From the NCBI GenBank assembly GCA_039683575.1, contig JBDKRC010000245.1:1-64000 (forward strand): DNA of 64,000 nt. The letters are read 5' to 3'. The position numbers and the translations under genes were made by a program. A model generated the notes under the pieces. That model saw nothing but the letters and a program-made list of their open reading frames with translations. It made no database searches and was not told the origin of the DNA. Position 1 is the stretch's first letter. Each line of letters begins with the position of its first letter. Below, one piece after another: positions 28,803 to 38,381 of the stretch. This stretch comes from Armatimonadia bacterium. Lineage in GTDB: Bacteria; Armatimonadota; Zipacnadia; Zipacnadales; UBA11051.

Positions 28803-30019
28803 TTACCCACCGGGAAGTCAGCTTGCGGCAAGCCGATACGAATATGTGTCACTCCGGCGAGAGCGGCATTGGCCACCGCCGCAGTCTCTGGGCTCAAGGG
28901 CTTGAGCACATTCAGTTCCCCTGGTATCCGCCACAGACCCCGCCTCCCGCGCCCTGATGCTTGCCCCGTGTCAGCACAGCCAGGGGAGACGAATGCAATC
29001 CGTGGCATCGGCTCCCATGGCCCGTTGTCATACCGAACCTGCACGATGGTGCGCGACAGCGTTCGCTGCATCCAGTCCGCATAGTCGCCAAGGACGTCAT
29101 CGGACCGGTAACTCGGCAGGATCAGGGACGAAAAGAATGGGAAGCGTCCGGCGAAGTCGGGCTGCGTTGGGTCAGCGGGCCCTATGACCATCCACTGGTG
29201 ACCTGTCCGAACGTAAGTAAGCTCGGGGCTCGTCGCGTGGTGGCGTGGGATGATCTGAAAGCCGCCCATCATGCCCAAGGGCGAGGTTGATACGTCAATC
29301 ACACCCGGATGATTGGCGCGGATGCGTCCGGGAGCCGCATATATCGCGCCCTCAAAACGCCCGATGCCGTCTACTGTCCGATCAACCAGGCCGCAGTCAG
29401 TCACCTCGTCAGGAGACTCTACGGTGACCTTACCACCGACCCTGTTCTCGAACACGAGATACGTTGGCCGCGAGGGAGGCGCGTACCGGATGATGAGCAG
29501 GGCATCCCCGTCGGCAGGCTGATAGTCTGCCGACAAGGATGTCTGCTCTCCGTCGCGCACCACATACACTGGCGAATTGACTAACGGACTCAATCCGCCC
29601 CCGAAGATGCTCTCGCCGCCTGGGATGTCTGTGAATATGGCGGACGAACGGAGGCGTCCCGCAGCCCCGATGGTCTTGCCTCCGGGCACAATCGAGAGTG
29701 TCATCGGCCGTCCAGTGTCCCGATTGTTGGCAACCTTGATGTGGATGGCGTTCGTGGCAGTGGCCGCGATGGCGCTATCTTGGGCCCACATGGCCGCGGT
29801 GAAGCTGGCAGGGTTAACCCTGTCTGCCGGTATGACGACGTTACCCAGAACGTGCCAGGTGGCTCCGCCGTCGGAGCTTGCTTCGACGCGGCCGCCACTG
29901 GAGTTAGTGACTCTCAACCGCAGTGTCTCCGCCGGCCCCTCTGCTGCATCCACGGCGGCTAAGGCAGCGAACAGCAGAGCCCCGAGCGCCACAGACCACG
30001 CCACCCATCCTGATCTCAT
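28799..30019 (-). CDS. Secreted hypothetical protein with internal domain duplication
   Basis: Signal peptide; two related N..GG.V segments; ATGA overlaps at both ends. Confidence 0.7.
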   Translation of the reverse strand: MRSGWVAWSVALGALLFAALAAVDAAEGPAETLRLRVTNSSGGRVEASSDGGATWHVLGNVVIPADRVNPASFTAAMWAQDSAIAATATNAIHIKVANNRDTGRPMTLSIVPGGKTIGAAGRLRSSAIFTDIPGGESIFGGGLSPLVNSPVYVVRDGEQTSLSADYQPADGDALLIIRYAPPSRPTYLVFENRVGGKVTVESPDEVTDCGLVDRTVDGIGRFEGAIYAAPGRIRANHPGVIDVSTSPLGMMGGFQIIPRHHATSPELTYVRTGHQWMVIGPADPTQPDFAGRFPFFSSLILPSYRSDDVLGDYADWMQRTLSRTIVQVRYDNGPWEPMPRIAFVSPGCADTGQASGRGRRGLWRIPGELNVLKPLSPETAAVANAALAGVTHIRIGLPQADFPVGK

Positions 30020-31269
30020 GCGCCAAACTTCTCCTGGGTACCACTGAAGTTGGTGAGCAGCGTCATGATGTCTTCTCCAACGAAGTTCCCCAGGCCGCCG
30101 CGCATGCAAGCACGCTCGCCAAAGCTCTCGACCTCGTCGGGACGTACGCCACACCCGAAGAAGACAGCCGGTATCGCATCTCCGGTGTGGTCCTTGAAGG
30201 TGACGGGTGTGCAGTGGTCTCCACTCACCATGATCACGGTGCTGCTGAAGTCCAGGTTCTCCAGCAGGTAGCCTATGGCGTTGTCCACCTTGGCAATGGC
30301 AGCCATCTTCTGGGCGGCATCGCCATCGTGTCCGCCAAGATCGGGAGCCTTGATGTTGGCGAGCACAAAGTCATGGTCCTCGAGGGCCTTGACGACGGCC
30401 CTGGCGATAGCGATCTCGTCGGTGTCCTTGCCGCCAGTGGCTTCGGGCACGTCGACGACATCCATGGCCAGATACTGGGCCAGGCCGCGCACCAGGTCCA
30501 CCTCAACGATCATGGCACCCGAGACGCCATACTTGTCGGCAAAGGGCTCAAGCTGCACTGCGGTCCCGACCCCACGTGGTAGGGCAGCATTGGCCGGGGG
30601 AAGCCCCGCGGCAGCGCGCTGCTGATTGATTGGATGGCTCTGCAGAGCCTCTCGCGCAAGCTGTACCCACTTGTTCACTATCTTGGCGGTGCGTTGCGCG
30701 GCGGGGTCGTCCTTGGCTTCGGGCAGCGGCTCGCAGTCCGGGTACTCCACACCCTCATGGTGCGGGTCCACCTCAGTCACGCGATAGTCCAGACCTTCGC
30801 CACGCAGCACCAGTGCCGCCCGGTGTTCGACTGATTCCTTGAAGATGCACTGCACGCCATCGATGAGACCAGCCTTCTCATTTACCGCCGCTGCGAGCTG
30901 CTCAGTACCTTCCTTGATGCGCCCCGCGCGCCGGTCCACGAGCTTGCGCCCGTCCACTGTCGCGAAGTTGCAGCGGAAGGCGACGTCGCCCGGAAGAATG
31001 TCCAGTCCGACGCCCTTGGCCTCAAATGGTCCGCGGCCCTTGTAGTACTTGAAGGGGTCGTATCCCAGAATAGCCATGTGAGCGGTATCGCTGCCGACTC
31101 GCCGCCCCGGACTGATGGGGTTCAGCATGCCAGATAGTCCCTCTCGCGCCAGGCGGTCGAGGTTAGGCGTCGATTGCGCTTCCAGTGGCGTCTTGCCATC
31201 CAACTCGGGGACCTGCCTGTCACCAAGCCCGTCACCGAGGAATATGATCATCTTGCAGCCGTCCGACAT
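30016..31269 (-). CDS. apgM: 2,3-bisphosphoglycerate-independent phosphoglycerate mutase, archaeal ApgM type
   Basis: DGLGD, GKTPLE, GSDTAH, GRGPFEA, FRCNFAT, DRRAGRI, DLGGHDG, GDHCTP. Confidence 0.92.
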   Translation of the reverse strand: MSDGCKMIIFLGDGLGDRQVPELDGKTPLEAQSTPNLDRLAREGLSGMLNPISPGRRVGSDTAHMAILGYDPFKYYKGRGPFEAKGVGLDILPGDVAFRCNFATVDGRKLVDRRAGRIKEGTEQLAAAVNEKAGLIDGVQCIFKESVEHRAALVLRGEGLDYRVTEVDPHHEGVEYPDCEPLPEAKDDPAAQRTAKIVNKWVQLAREALQSHPINQQRAAAGLPPANAALPRGVGTAVQLEPFADKYGVSGAMIVEVDLVRGLAQYLAMDVVDVPEATGGKDTDEIAIARAVVKALEDHDFVLANIKAPDLGGHDGDAAQKMAAIAKVDNAIGYLLENLDFSSTVIMVSGDHCTPVTFKDHTGDAIPAVFFGCGVRPDEVESFGERACMRGGLGNFVGEDIMTLLTNFSGTQEKFGA

Positions 31270-31308
31270 GAGCAATCTCCTTTCCCATACCAAAACACAA
31301 GTCTGGGG

Positions 31309-31337
31309 ATTCTATAGCGAGGGCCGCGAAGTGGCAA
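31309..31337 (-). promoter_or_regulatory. Sigma70-type promoter for the apgM operon
   Basis: TTGCCA-17 bp-TAGAAT on the minus strand. Confidence 0.6.
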
Positions 31338-31427
31338 GAGAAAGCTCAGTGAACACCATATCCCCACTGTAGACACCGCGAAGGTCCTTTGGCCGCATGT
31401 TGGGAATGTTCTGTCATCTGGAGGCAT

Positions 31428-32798
31428 ATGATGATCTCGGACATCCGCATCGTGGATCTGCAGACGTACTATACCTTTGAGGTGGCGCGCACTCCCCTCA
31501 AGTTCGGCGCCGTGGTTGTGGATGCGGTGGAGTTCTGTCGGGTGAAGGCGACCGTCGAGAATGGCCGTGGCCAGGTCGCCGAAGGCTGGGGCGGCATCTT
31601 CCTCATGGACTTCTGGGGCTGGCCCACCACAGAGCTGCCCCACGCAGCCAAAGCCGCCGCCATGAAGGAACTGACCGAGCGCTACGTGGCTCTATTGCGC
31701 GGTTACGGCAAAGCCGGGCACCCCATCGACATCTTCCATGACGTCGAAGATGACCTGCGCCGACTCAACCACGAGCTCTGCACCGAGCGTGGCCTGCTGC
31801 CTGAGCAGCCCTTCCTGGGGGCACTGGTGTGCGCCTCTCCCGTTGATGCCGCTTTGCACGATGCCTTTGGGAACGTCAACGGGATAGACAGCTACTGCGG
31901 CTACGGGCCCGACTTCATGCATGATCTATCACGGTACCTCGGGCCGGCGTTTGCCGGGAAGTATCCGCAGGACTACATAAGGCCCCAGTACCTGCCCAAA
32001 GTGCCAGTCTTTCATCTGGTCGGTGGTCTGGACAAGCTGACGCGGGGTGAAGTCGATGAGACCGCCCCCCAGGATGGCGTGCCCAACTGCCTGGAGGATT
32101 GGGTTGCCCACGAGGGCATGTATTGCCTCAAGGTCAAACTGCGTGGAAGCGATCTGGATTGGGATGTGGACCGGACGCTGGCAGTCTACGAGATAGGGAA
32201 GAGGGAGCTTGCCCGGCGCGGCCAGACCGTGATGCATCTGACTGCCGACACGAATGAGCAGTGTGCGAGCCCAGAATACATCATAGAGTACCTGCACCGG
32301 CTGCAGGAAGCCGAGCCCCACTGCTACGACAAGATCCTGTACATCGAGCAACCGACCGAGCGGGACCTGACTGCCCATCGGCACGACATGCGTAAGCTGT
32401 CCAGTATGAAGCCTGTAATAGTGGATGAGAGCCTGACGGACCTGGAGAGTTTCGAATTGGCGATGGATCTGGGTTGGTCAGGGATCGCGCTGAAGACCTG
32501 CAAAGGCCATTCGGCGGACATGCTGTACTGTGCGAAAGCCAAAGAGTTGGGGATCCCCTATAGCGTACAGGACCTCACCAATCCCAGTCTGGCGCTAATT
32601 CACTCAGTGGGGCTGGGGGCGCGACTGTACACCATTATGGGTGTGGAGGCCAACAGCAGGCAGTTCTTCCCTGCTTCCACGACTGCGGCCGAGAAGAGGG
32701 TCCATGGGGGCATCTTCTCGCTCGTGAACGGAGAAGCCGATACCTCCAGCCTTCGCGGAACTGGCCTCGGCTACCAGATGGAACGGATGCAGGAGTAG
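31428..32798 (+). CDS. Mandelate racemase/muconate lactonising enzyme (enolase superfamily) protein
   Basis: LKVKL (KxK), ADTNE, IEQP, VDES metal ligands. Confidence 0.85.
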   Translation: MMISDIRIVDLQTYYTFEVARTPLKFGAVVVDAVEFCRVKATVENGRGQVAEGWGGIFLMDFWGWPTTELPHAAKAAAMKELTERYVALLRGYGKAGHPIDIFHDVEDDLRRLNHELCTERGLLPEQPFLGALVCASPVDAALHDAFGNVNGIDSYCGYGPDFMHDLSRYLGPAFAGKYPQDYIRPQYLPKVPVFHLVGGLDKLTRGEVDETAPQDGVPNCLEDWVAHEGMYCLKVKLRGSDLDWDVDRTLAVYEIGKRELARRGQTVMHLTADTNEQCASPEYIIEYLHRLQEAEPHCYDKILYIEQPTERDLTAHRHDMRKLSSMKPVIVDESLTDLESFELAMDLGWSGIALKTCKGHSADMLYCAKAKELGIPYSVQDLTNPSLALIHSVGLGARLYTIMGVEANSRQFFPASTTAAEKRVHGGIFSLVNGEADTSSLRGTGLGYQMERMQE

Positions 32799-32802
32799 GA
32801 GC

Positions 32803-33528
32803 CTAATCCTCTGCCAGCGTCCACTGCTCGAGATAGGTATCGGCGAGGCGAACGAACTTAACGTGCCCATCTACGTAGCTGGCGTTGAAGGCATAGCTCG
32901 CGAAGTCGCTCTCCTTGCAGTTGGTGTGCCGGAAGCCATTGACCCGGCCACCCAGGCTTTCGAGAGTGTCTGCGGCGTTAGGAATCATACGGCCGATGGA
33001 CTCGGCATCCGCCGCATCGTCCTGACGACCGTCCTCGGCAACCATGATGGTACCGGAGGGGTCGCCGATCTCCGCTAACGAGCGGCCAGCTACTCCGAAG
33101 TCTGCCGCACCATTCGAGGGAGATACATAGCCGTAGGAATAGGTGTGGATGTCGAAGCAGCCGCCGCCTGATAGGGTGGCGAGGCGCTGCGTCCCGCTGA
33201 GGCAGTCAAAGACCTGCTTGTTCTTGACGTACGGGAAGATCATGTCCGCCCAGCGAATGCCGTCGCCGCCTGCGTATCCCAGGCTTCCCTGGTAACCGCT
33301 GCCCTGGCTGAATGGCGGCAGGGCTTCGTCGCAATCCTGCGCGTACTGCAGCATCGCCAGGGCGATTTGCTTCTGGTTGCTCGCGCAGGAAGTCTTCCGC
33401 GCCTGTTCCCGGGCTCGAGCAAAAACAGGAAACAGGATCGAGGCAAGAATCGCGATTATCGCGATCACGACCAGCAGTTCGATCAACGTAAAACCTGACG
33501 GCGTGGCCCTGAACCTGCGGCAGTGCAT
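32803..33528 (-). CDS. Prepilin-type N-terminal cleavage/methylation, DUF1559-like protein
   Basis: [33 protein letters not shown]...C-SN-KQ; C-terminal RH...YVDGHVK. Confidence 0.92.
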   Translation of the reverse strand: MHCRRFRATPSGFTLIELLVVIAIIAILASILFPVFARAREQARKTSCASNQKQIALAMLQYAQDCDEALPPFSQGSGYQGSLGYAGGDGIRWADMIFPYVKNKQVFDCLSGTQRLATLSGGGCFDIHTYSYGYVSPSNGAADFGVAGRSLAEIGDPSGTIMVAEDGRQDDAADAESIGRMIPNAADTLESLGGRVNGFRHTNCKESDFASYAFNASYVDGHVKFVRLADTYLEQWTLAED

Positions 33529-33600
33529 AGGCACCTCCGGGCGGTCATACTGCACGTTAGACGCCTCGGATGGAGCCGGCATTCCGCCCTATTCCTTGGG

Positions 33601-34785
33601 TTAGGCGTCCTCCAGATACTTCAGGGCGATGGCTGCCAGGGCGGCCATGGCTAACGGCAGACAGCGCTCATCGGCGGCAAACTGAGGATGGTGCAGCGAC
33701 ATGGTTGCAGCCGCTTGCTCGTCCGGGGCACAGCCGACCCACAACAGGGCTCCCGGCACCTGCTGCAGGAGATAGGAAAAGTCCTCTCCGCCCATGGAAG
33801 GCCGCTCCTGCCGTTGCACTATGTCGCTACCCAACGCCTCCTGTATTGCTGCAACGGACAGCGCCGTTACCGCCTCATCTGTTACTGTAGCCGGAACGCC
33901 TCGCCGGTAGGTGAATTCGGCCTCACAACGGTGCGCATGCGCGATATCGGTGCACAGTTCACGCATTGCCTGCTCTATCATGTCCCGATGGTCGGTGAGC
34001 AAGGTACGGACGGTCCCCGCCAGTGTCGCCTCCATGGGGATGATGTTGTAAGCTGATCCGGCATTGAACTGACACACGCTGACGACGGCAGCTTCCAGCG
34101 GGTCCAGGCGCCGGCTTACCAGGGTCTGCAGCGCCATCACGATCTCCGCGGCCACAGGGATCGGGTCTCTCCCGCGATTGGGATTGGCTCCGTGGGCACC
34201 CGCGCCGACGATCCGCACGGTAAAGGCATCGGCGGCTGCAAGGTTCGGCCCAGACCGCAGGGCTACCGTGCCTGCCAGGCGATCAGCCATGACATGAGCG
34301 CCAACGATTGCATCGAGCCGCGGCTCACCTGCCAGGGCCCCCGCGGCGATCATACCTGCCGCGCCTCCCAAAGTCTCCTCGGCAGGCTGGAAGATGAACT
34401 TCACGGTGCCGCGAGGCAGACCGAGTTCCTGCAGCACCAGAGCGGCTCCTATGGTCCATGCGGTGTGGAAATCATGACCACAGGCGTGCATTACTCCCGG
34501 ACTATCTGAAGCGTACTCAAGACCAGTCTCTTCGGTCACAGGCAATGCGTCCATGTCACAGCGCAAGCCGATGCAAGGGCTACCTTCGCCGATCTGGGCA
34601 ATCAGCCCGTAGCCGCCAATGCCCTCCTCCACCTGAAAGCCGCATGCCCGCAGCCGCTGCGCTACAACCGCCGCTGTCCGTTGCTCCTGGCCACTTAGTT
34701 CGGGGTGGCGGTGCAGATCGCGCCGTAGCGTGATGATCTCGTCAAGATGCTTTGCGACCGCCTGCTGTAGTGAAGACGCATCCAT
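33601..34785 (-). CDS. M20D family amidohydrolase
   Basis: RRDLHRHPELS, RCDMDALP, MHACGHD, FQPAEE, MGGEDFS, LHHP. Confidence 0.92.
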   Translation of the reverse strand: MDASSLQQAVAKHLDEIITLRRDLHRHPELSGQEQRTAAVVAQRLRACGFQVEEGIGGYGLIAQIGEGSPCIGLRCDMDALPVTEETGLEYASDSPGVMHACGHDFHTAWTIGAALVLQELGLPRGTVKFIFQPAEETLGGAAGMIAAGALAGEPRLDAIVGAHVMADRLAGTVALRSGPNLAAADAFTVRIVGAGAHGANPNRGRDPIPVAAEIVMALQTLVSRRLDPLEAAVVSVCQFNAGSAYNIIPMEATLAGTVRTLLTDHRDMIEQAMRELCTDIAHAHRCEAEFTYRRGVPATVTDEAVTALSVAAIQEALGSDIVQRQERPSMGGEDFSYLLQQVPGALLWVGCAPDEQAAATMSLHHPQFAADERCLPLAMAALAAIALKYLEDA

Positions 34786-34877
34786 TGAGTGTCTACCTCC
34801 GTCCGCATGCTATCACCGAACACTTCGGCGAGGCAAGCTCCGAAAGAGTGCGCAGACCCTTAGGTCGGCCCGGAGTA

Positions 34878-34939
34878 TTGACAAGGCGCAGGACGCTATG
34901 GATAATTCGAACAATGCATGTAAGTCATACATATCATGC
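34878..34939 (+). promoter_or_regulatory. Near-consensus sigma70 promoter plus putative operator for the AbrB-efflux operon
   Basis: TTGACA(34878)-17 bp-GATAAT(34901); nested inverted repeats ATGTA-N5-TACAT and GCATG...CATGC at 34916-34939. Confidence 0.7.
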
Positions 34940-34964
34940 GACCTGCGCAAGGTGGTGGAACCAC

Positions 34965-35225
34965 ATGTCGGAATTCGAATTGACACCCCACTTCATGGGG
35001 GCCGCGACTGTGGGGGAACGGGGCCAGGTGGTCATACCGGCTGAAGCCCGCGAACGACTGAACATCAAGCCGGGTGATAAGCTGCTGGTGTTCACCCATC
35101 CTGCCGGCTTTGGAGTGGCTTTCGTGAAGTTCGACAAGATGCAGGAAGCGCAAGCTGAATTGCAGCGCGTGCTGGTGGAACTGGGCGACATGGCGGATGC
35201 GCCCGCTGGCAATGAGGAGGCGTAA
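34965..35225 (+). CDS. AbrB/MazE/SpoVT family DNA-binding protein
   Basis: ATVGERGQVVIPAEARERLNIKPGDKLLVF. Confidence 0.9.
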   Translation: MSEFELTPHFMGAATVGERGQVVIPAEARERLNIKPGDKLLVFTHPAGFGVAFVKFDKMQEAQAELQRVLVELGDMADAPAGNEEA

Positions 35226-35227
35226 GG

Positions 35228-36613
35228 ATGAGGAAAGCATGGCTGGCGTTCTGCTTTGCAGCGGTCACGGCGGTAGCAACTGCTCAGGAACCTCAACCCC
35301 CCTCAACCCCTCCACCTGTCGCCGCTCCTGTGGCATCATCGCCAGCGCGTCTGCCTGCGGTTGCGTCGCCGTTGCGTCTGACCCCGCAGACGGCCGCGGA
35401 AGTCGCCGTGCAACGTTCCGCAGATCTGGCGATCAGCGAACAGGGCATTGCCGCGGCCAGAGCCAACGTCCGCCTGGCCGAGTCCCAGAAGGGGCTGCGA
35501 GTGGAGGCGCAGGCTTCCTATACCCGCATGGGCCCCACGCAGTCCATCACCCTCCCGGAATCCATGGGCGGTGGCCAGATATCGTTCACGGCTCCCCAGT
35601 CACACATCGAGACGCTGGCCGTGACCAAGCCACTCTACCTCGGCGAACGTGACCGCTACGCCAGGCAGGCGGCCCAGGCAGGCGTGCAAGCCGCAGAGCA
35701 GAATCTTCAGGCGGGCATCGTAAGCGTCGCAGTTGCAGCGCGGGAAGCAGTCTTCACTCTGCTCAGGCTCCAGCAACTGAGCCTGGTGGCAGAGCAGCGC
35801 CTGACAGCAATTGCAGAACATCTTCGCATCGCACGCGCCATGTTCGAGGCGGGTACCACCGCTCGTTTCGAGGTAGTCCAGGCGGAAACAGAACTCGCGC
35901 AGGCCAAGGGGGATCTGCTAACGGCACAGACGGCTGTTGCAAAACAGAAAGCCTTCATCGCACAGCTGCTGCTCGTCCCCCAGGGCACTGAGATAATCGC
36001 TGAAGAAGGCGTGCCTGCGGCAGTACCGGAAGGCGACTTGCATCGGCTGATTGCTGCAGCAATTGCGGAGCGCCCTGAACTCGATGCCCTCGAAGCCGCC
36101 GTGCGCGCGCAACAGGCCAATCTGCGGCTTGCCAGGGCCAACGACAATCCTTCGCTTGCCGTCCAGGGCAGCGTCAACCGGCAGACCGCTACGGCCGCGT
36201 CGAGTGAGATCAACTGGAACGTGACGGTGGGGGTGACCAAGCCAATCTACCAGGGCGGAGAGACCCGCGCGCGCGTGGATACGGCCAAGGCCTCGTTGAG
36301 GACCGCCGAACTGAACGTAGAGCGCGTGGAGCAGCAGATTGCCTTACAGGTCTCCCAGGCGCTGCTTAGTCTCCAGCAGGCCACGGAGCAACTGCTGGTT
36401 GCCCAGCAGGGCGAAGTCGAGGCGCAGGAGCGTGCCCGCATAGCACTCGTGCGCTTCCAAAACGGCGTCGGCCTTGGCGTTGAGGTTATCGATGCCCAGA
36501 CTGCGCTCGCGGCTGCTCAGACCAATGTTGTGAATGCTCGCTACGATCTGCAGGTCGCAGTGGCCAGCCTGCGTGCGGCCCTCGGACTGACTGATCTGCC
36601 AAAGGAGTCATAG
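35228..36613 (+). CDS. TolC family outer-membrane channel
   Basis: Signal peptide; two OEP repeats (PLYLGE / PIYQGG; MFEAG...EVVQA; RFQNG...EVIDAQ). Confidence 0.88.
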   Translation: MRKAWLAFCFAAVTAVATAQEPQPPSTPPPVAAPVASSPARLPAVASPLRLTPQTAAEVAVQRSADLAISEQGIAAARANVRLAESQKGLRVEAQASYTRMGPTQSITLPESMGGGQISFTAPQSHIETLAVTKPLYLGERDRYARQAAQAGVQAAEQNLQAGIVSVAVAAREAVFTLLRLQQLSLVAEQRLTAIAEHLRIARAMFEAGTTARFEVVQAETELAQAKGDLLTAQTAVAKQKAFIAQLLLVPQGTEIIAEEGVPAAVPEGDLHRLIAAAIAERPELDALEAAVRAQQANLRLARANDNPSLAVQGSVNRQTATAASSEINWNVTVGVTKPIYQGGETRARVDTAKASLRTAELNVERVEQQIALQVSQALLSLQQATEQLLVAQQGEVEAQERARIALVRFQNGVGLGVEVIDAQTALAAAQTNVVNARYDLQVAVASLRAALGLTDLPKES

Positions 36614-36616
36614 TCA

Positions 36617-38317
36617 ATGAGACCGCGTTGGATGCTGTTGAGCATTCTGGCCTTCGCCATTCTGACTGTCGGCTTGCTGGTTGGCTGCCGGGGCGGCCAG
36701 GAGAAGGCTGCCGCGACCACAGCCGAGGTGCCGGTCACGTCGGTACTCGTTGTGCGTGCTGGAACTGGGGATATCTATCAGACAGAAACCCTGACGGGTA
36801 CGATCGAGCCGCAGCGAGAAGTGGACGTGCAGACAGAGCTGTCCGGGAAGGTTGCCTGGGTCGGGTACGACGTGGGTGACCGTGTGAGCCGGGGACAGGC
36901 GTTGGTGCGCCTCGATACAGCCCTCGCCGCCTCGGGCGAGCGACAGAGCGAGGCTGCAGTATCTGCCGCCCAGGCTCGTTACGGGCAGACGCGCGTAGGC
37001 CTCAAGCTGACGCGTGAGCAGACTGCCAGTCAGGTTCGTCAGGCCGAAAGCTCCATGGAGGGCGCGCGAAATCGTCTGCGCCAGGCCAAGACGACGGCGG
37101 AACTTACCCGCTCCCGTGTTGAGGATGCCATTCGTCAGGCCCGGATCGGCGTGGATAGCGCGCAGGCGCAACTGGCTGATGTGAAGGCCGGCACTCGCTC
37201 CCAGGAGGTCGATCAGGCCCAGGCACGTCTTGAGCAGGCCAAGTCCAGCGCCAGACTCGCGAAGCTCAGCCTTGATCGGGCGCGTAACCTGATGCAGCAG
37301 GGCGCGGTGGCTCAGGCGCAACTCGACAGTGCTCAGGTGGAGTACGAGACAGCTCAGGCCAACGTGCGGGTCGCGGAGCAGGCCCTCGATCTGGCGAAGG
37401 AAGGCGCGCGCAGTCAGCAGATCCGTGTAGCCGAACTCCTCGTGCAGCATGCCCAACAGGTCTTGGCACAGGCAGAAGCACAGCGCGGGCAGACTGACGT
37501 GGCGGAGCGCGACGTGCGCACCGCGGAAGTTGCGCTCGAGCAAGCCGAAGAGAGTGCGCGGCTAGCGCGTGCAGAGCTGGCCCGCGTGTCGTCCACCGAG
37601 CAGGATGTCAAAGCGGCTCGCGCCGCCGTGCGGCAAGCGTCCGCGGCTAACGTCTACAGTCGAACCCAGGTCAGCAAGCACACAGTCTACGCCCCGATCA
37701 GTGGCACGATTGCCCAGCGCAACGTTGAGCCGGGCGAAGGGGCCTCCCCGGGAGTATCTCTCGTCAGGATCGTCAATCTCAACCCCGTGCGGGTGACCTG
37801 CGAAGCCTCGGAGTTGCAGGTGCGGGACATGCAAGTGGGGCAGCAGGGCAATGTGTTGGTTGATGCTCTACCAGGACGATCCTTCGTGGGCAGGATCACG
37901 GATATCGCTCCCCAGACCCGCAATGGTGATCGCATCTTCCTGGTGCGCCTTCAGGTGCCCAATGAGGGCGCTCTGCTTCGCGCAGGAATGTTCGCCCGAG
38001 TGCAGATCGTCACAGGATTGCACCGCAATACCGTAGTCGTGCCGCGAGACGTGCTGCTTGAGCGCGGCGAAAAGCGTGTCATCTATACTGTTGTGGGCGA
38101 CAAGGTAAAGGTCCGTGACGTCGAGATTGGCGCGGCTGACGATGGCCGGATTGAGGTTCTGCGAGGAGTTCGGGCTGGAGATGTGATGGTCTTTGGCGGC
38201 CAGAGCCTGTTGGCAGAGGGCCAGAAGATCAGGCCGCAACTCCGTGATGAAGCGACCGCTGCAACTCAGAAAGCCGAGACAACCGCTGAGGGCGCGTCTC
38301 CAGCCGTAACGCAGTAG
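36617..38317 (+). CDS. RND periplasmic adaptor (MFP) lipoprotein with very long coiled-coil hairpin
   Basis: Lipobox LLVGC; GDRVSRGQALVRLD; APISGTI; LRAGMFAR. Confidence 0.88.
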   Translation: MRPRWMLLSILAFAILTVGLLVGCRGGQEKAAATTAEVPVTSVLVVRAGTGDIYQTETLTGTIEPQREVDVQTELSGKVAWVGYDVGDRVSRGQALVRLDTALAASGERQSEAAVSAAQARYGQTRVGLKLTREQTASQVRQAESSMEGARNRLRQAKTTAELTRSRVEDAIRQARIGVDSAQAQLADVKAGTRSQEVDQAQARLEQAKSSARLAKLSLDRARNLMQQGAVAQAQLDSAQVEYETAQANVRVAEQALDLAKEGARSQQIRVAELLVQHAQQVLAQAEAQRGQTDVAERDVRTAEVALEQAEESARLARAELARVSSTEQDVKAARAAVRQASAANVYSRTQVSKHTVYAPISGTIAQRNVEPGEGASPGVSLVRIVNLNPVRVTCEASELQVRDMQVGQQGNVLVDALPGRSFVGRITDIAPQTRNGDRIFLVRLQVPNEGALLRAGMFARVQIVTGLHRNTVVVPRDVLLERGEKRVIYTVVGDKVKVRDVEIGAADDGRIEVLRGVRAGDVMVFGGQSLLAEGQKIRPQLRDEATAATQKAETTAEGASPAVTQ

Positions 38318-38381
38318 GGGGCTTGCTCCCCGCGCCGTTGCTGGCGGCAACCAAATTGCTGATAAGGAGCCATCTGGCTCG

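Noticed and set aside
34965-35225. AbrB/MazE protein as a toxin-antitoxin antitoxin
   Set aside because: The next gene is TolC, not a PIN/MazF toxin; a regulator role fits better
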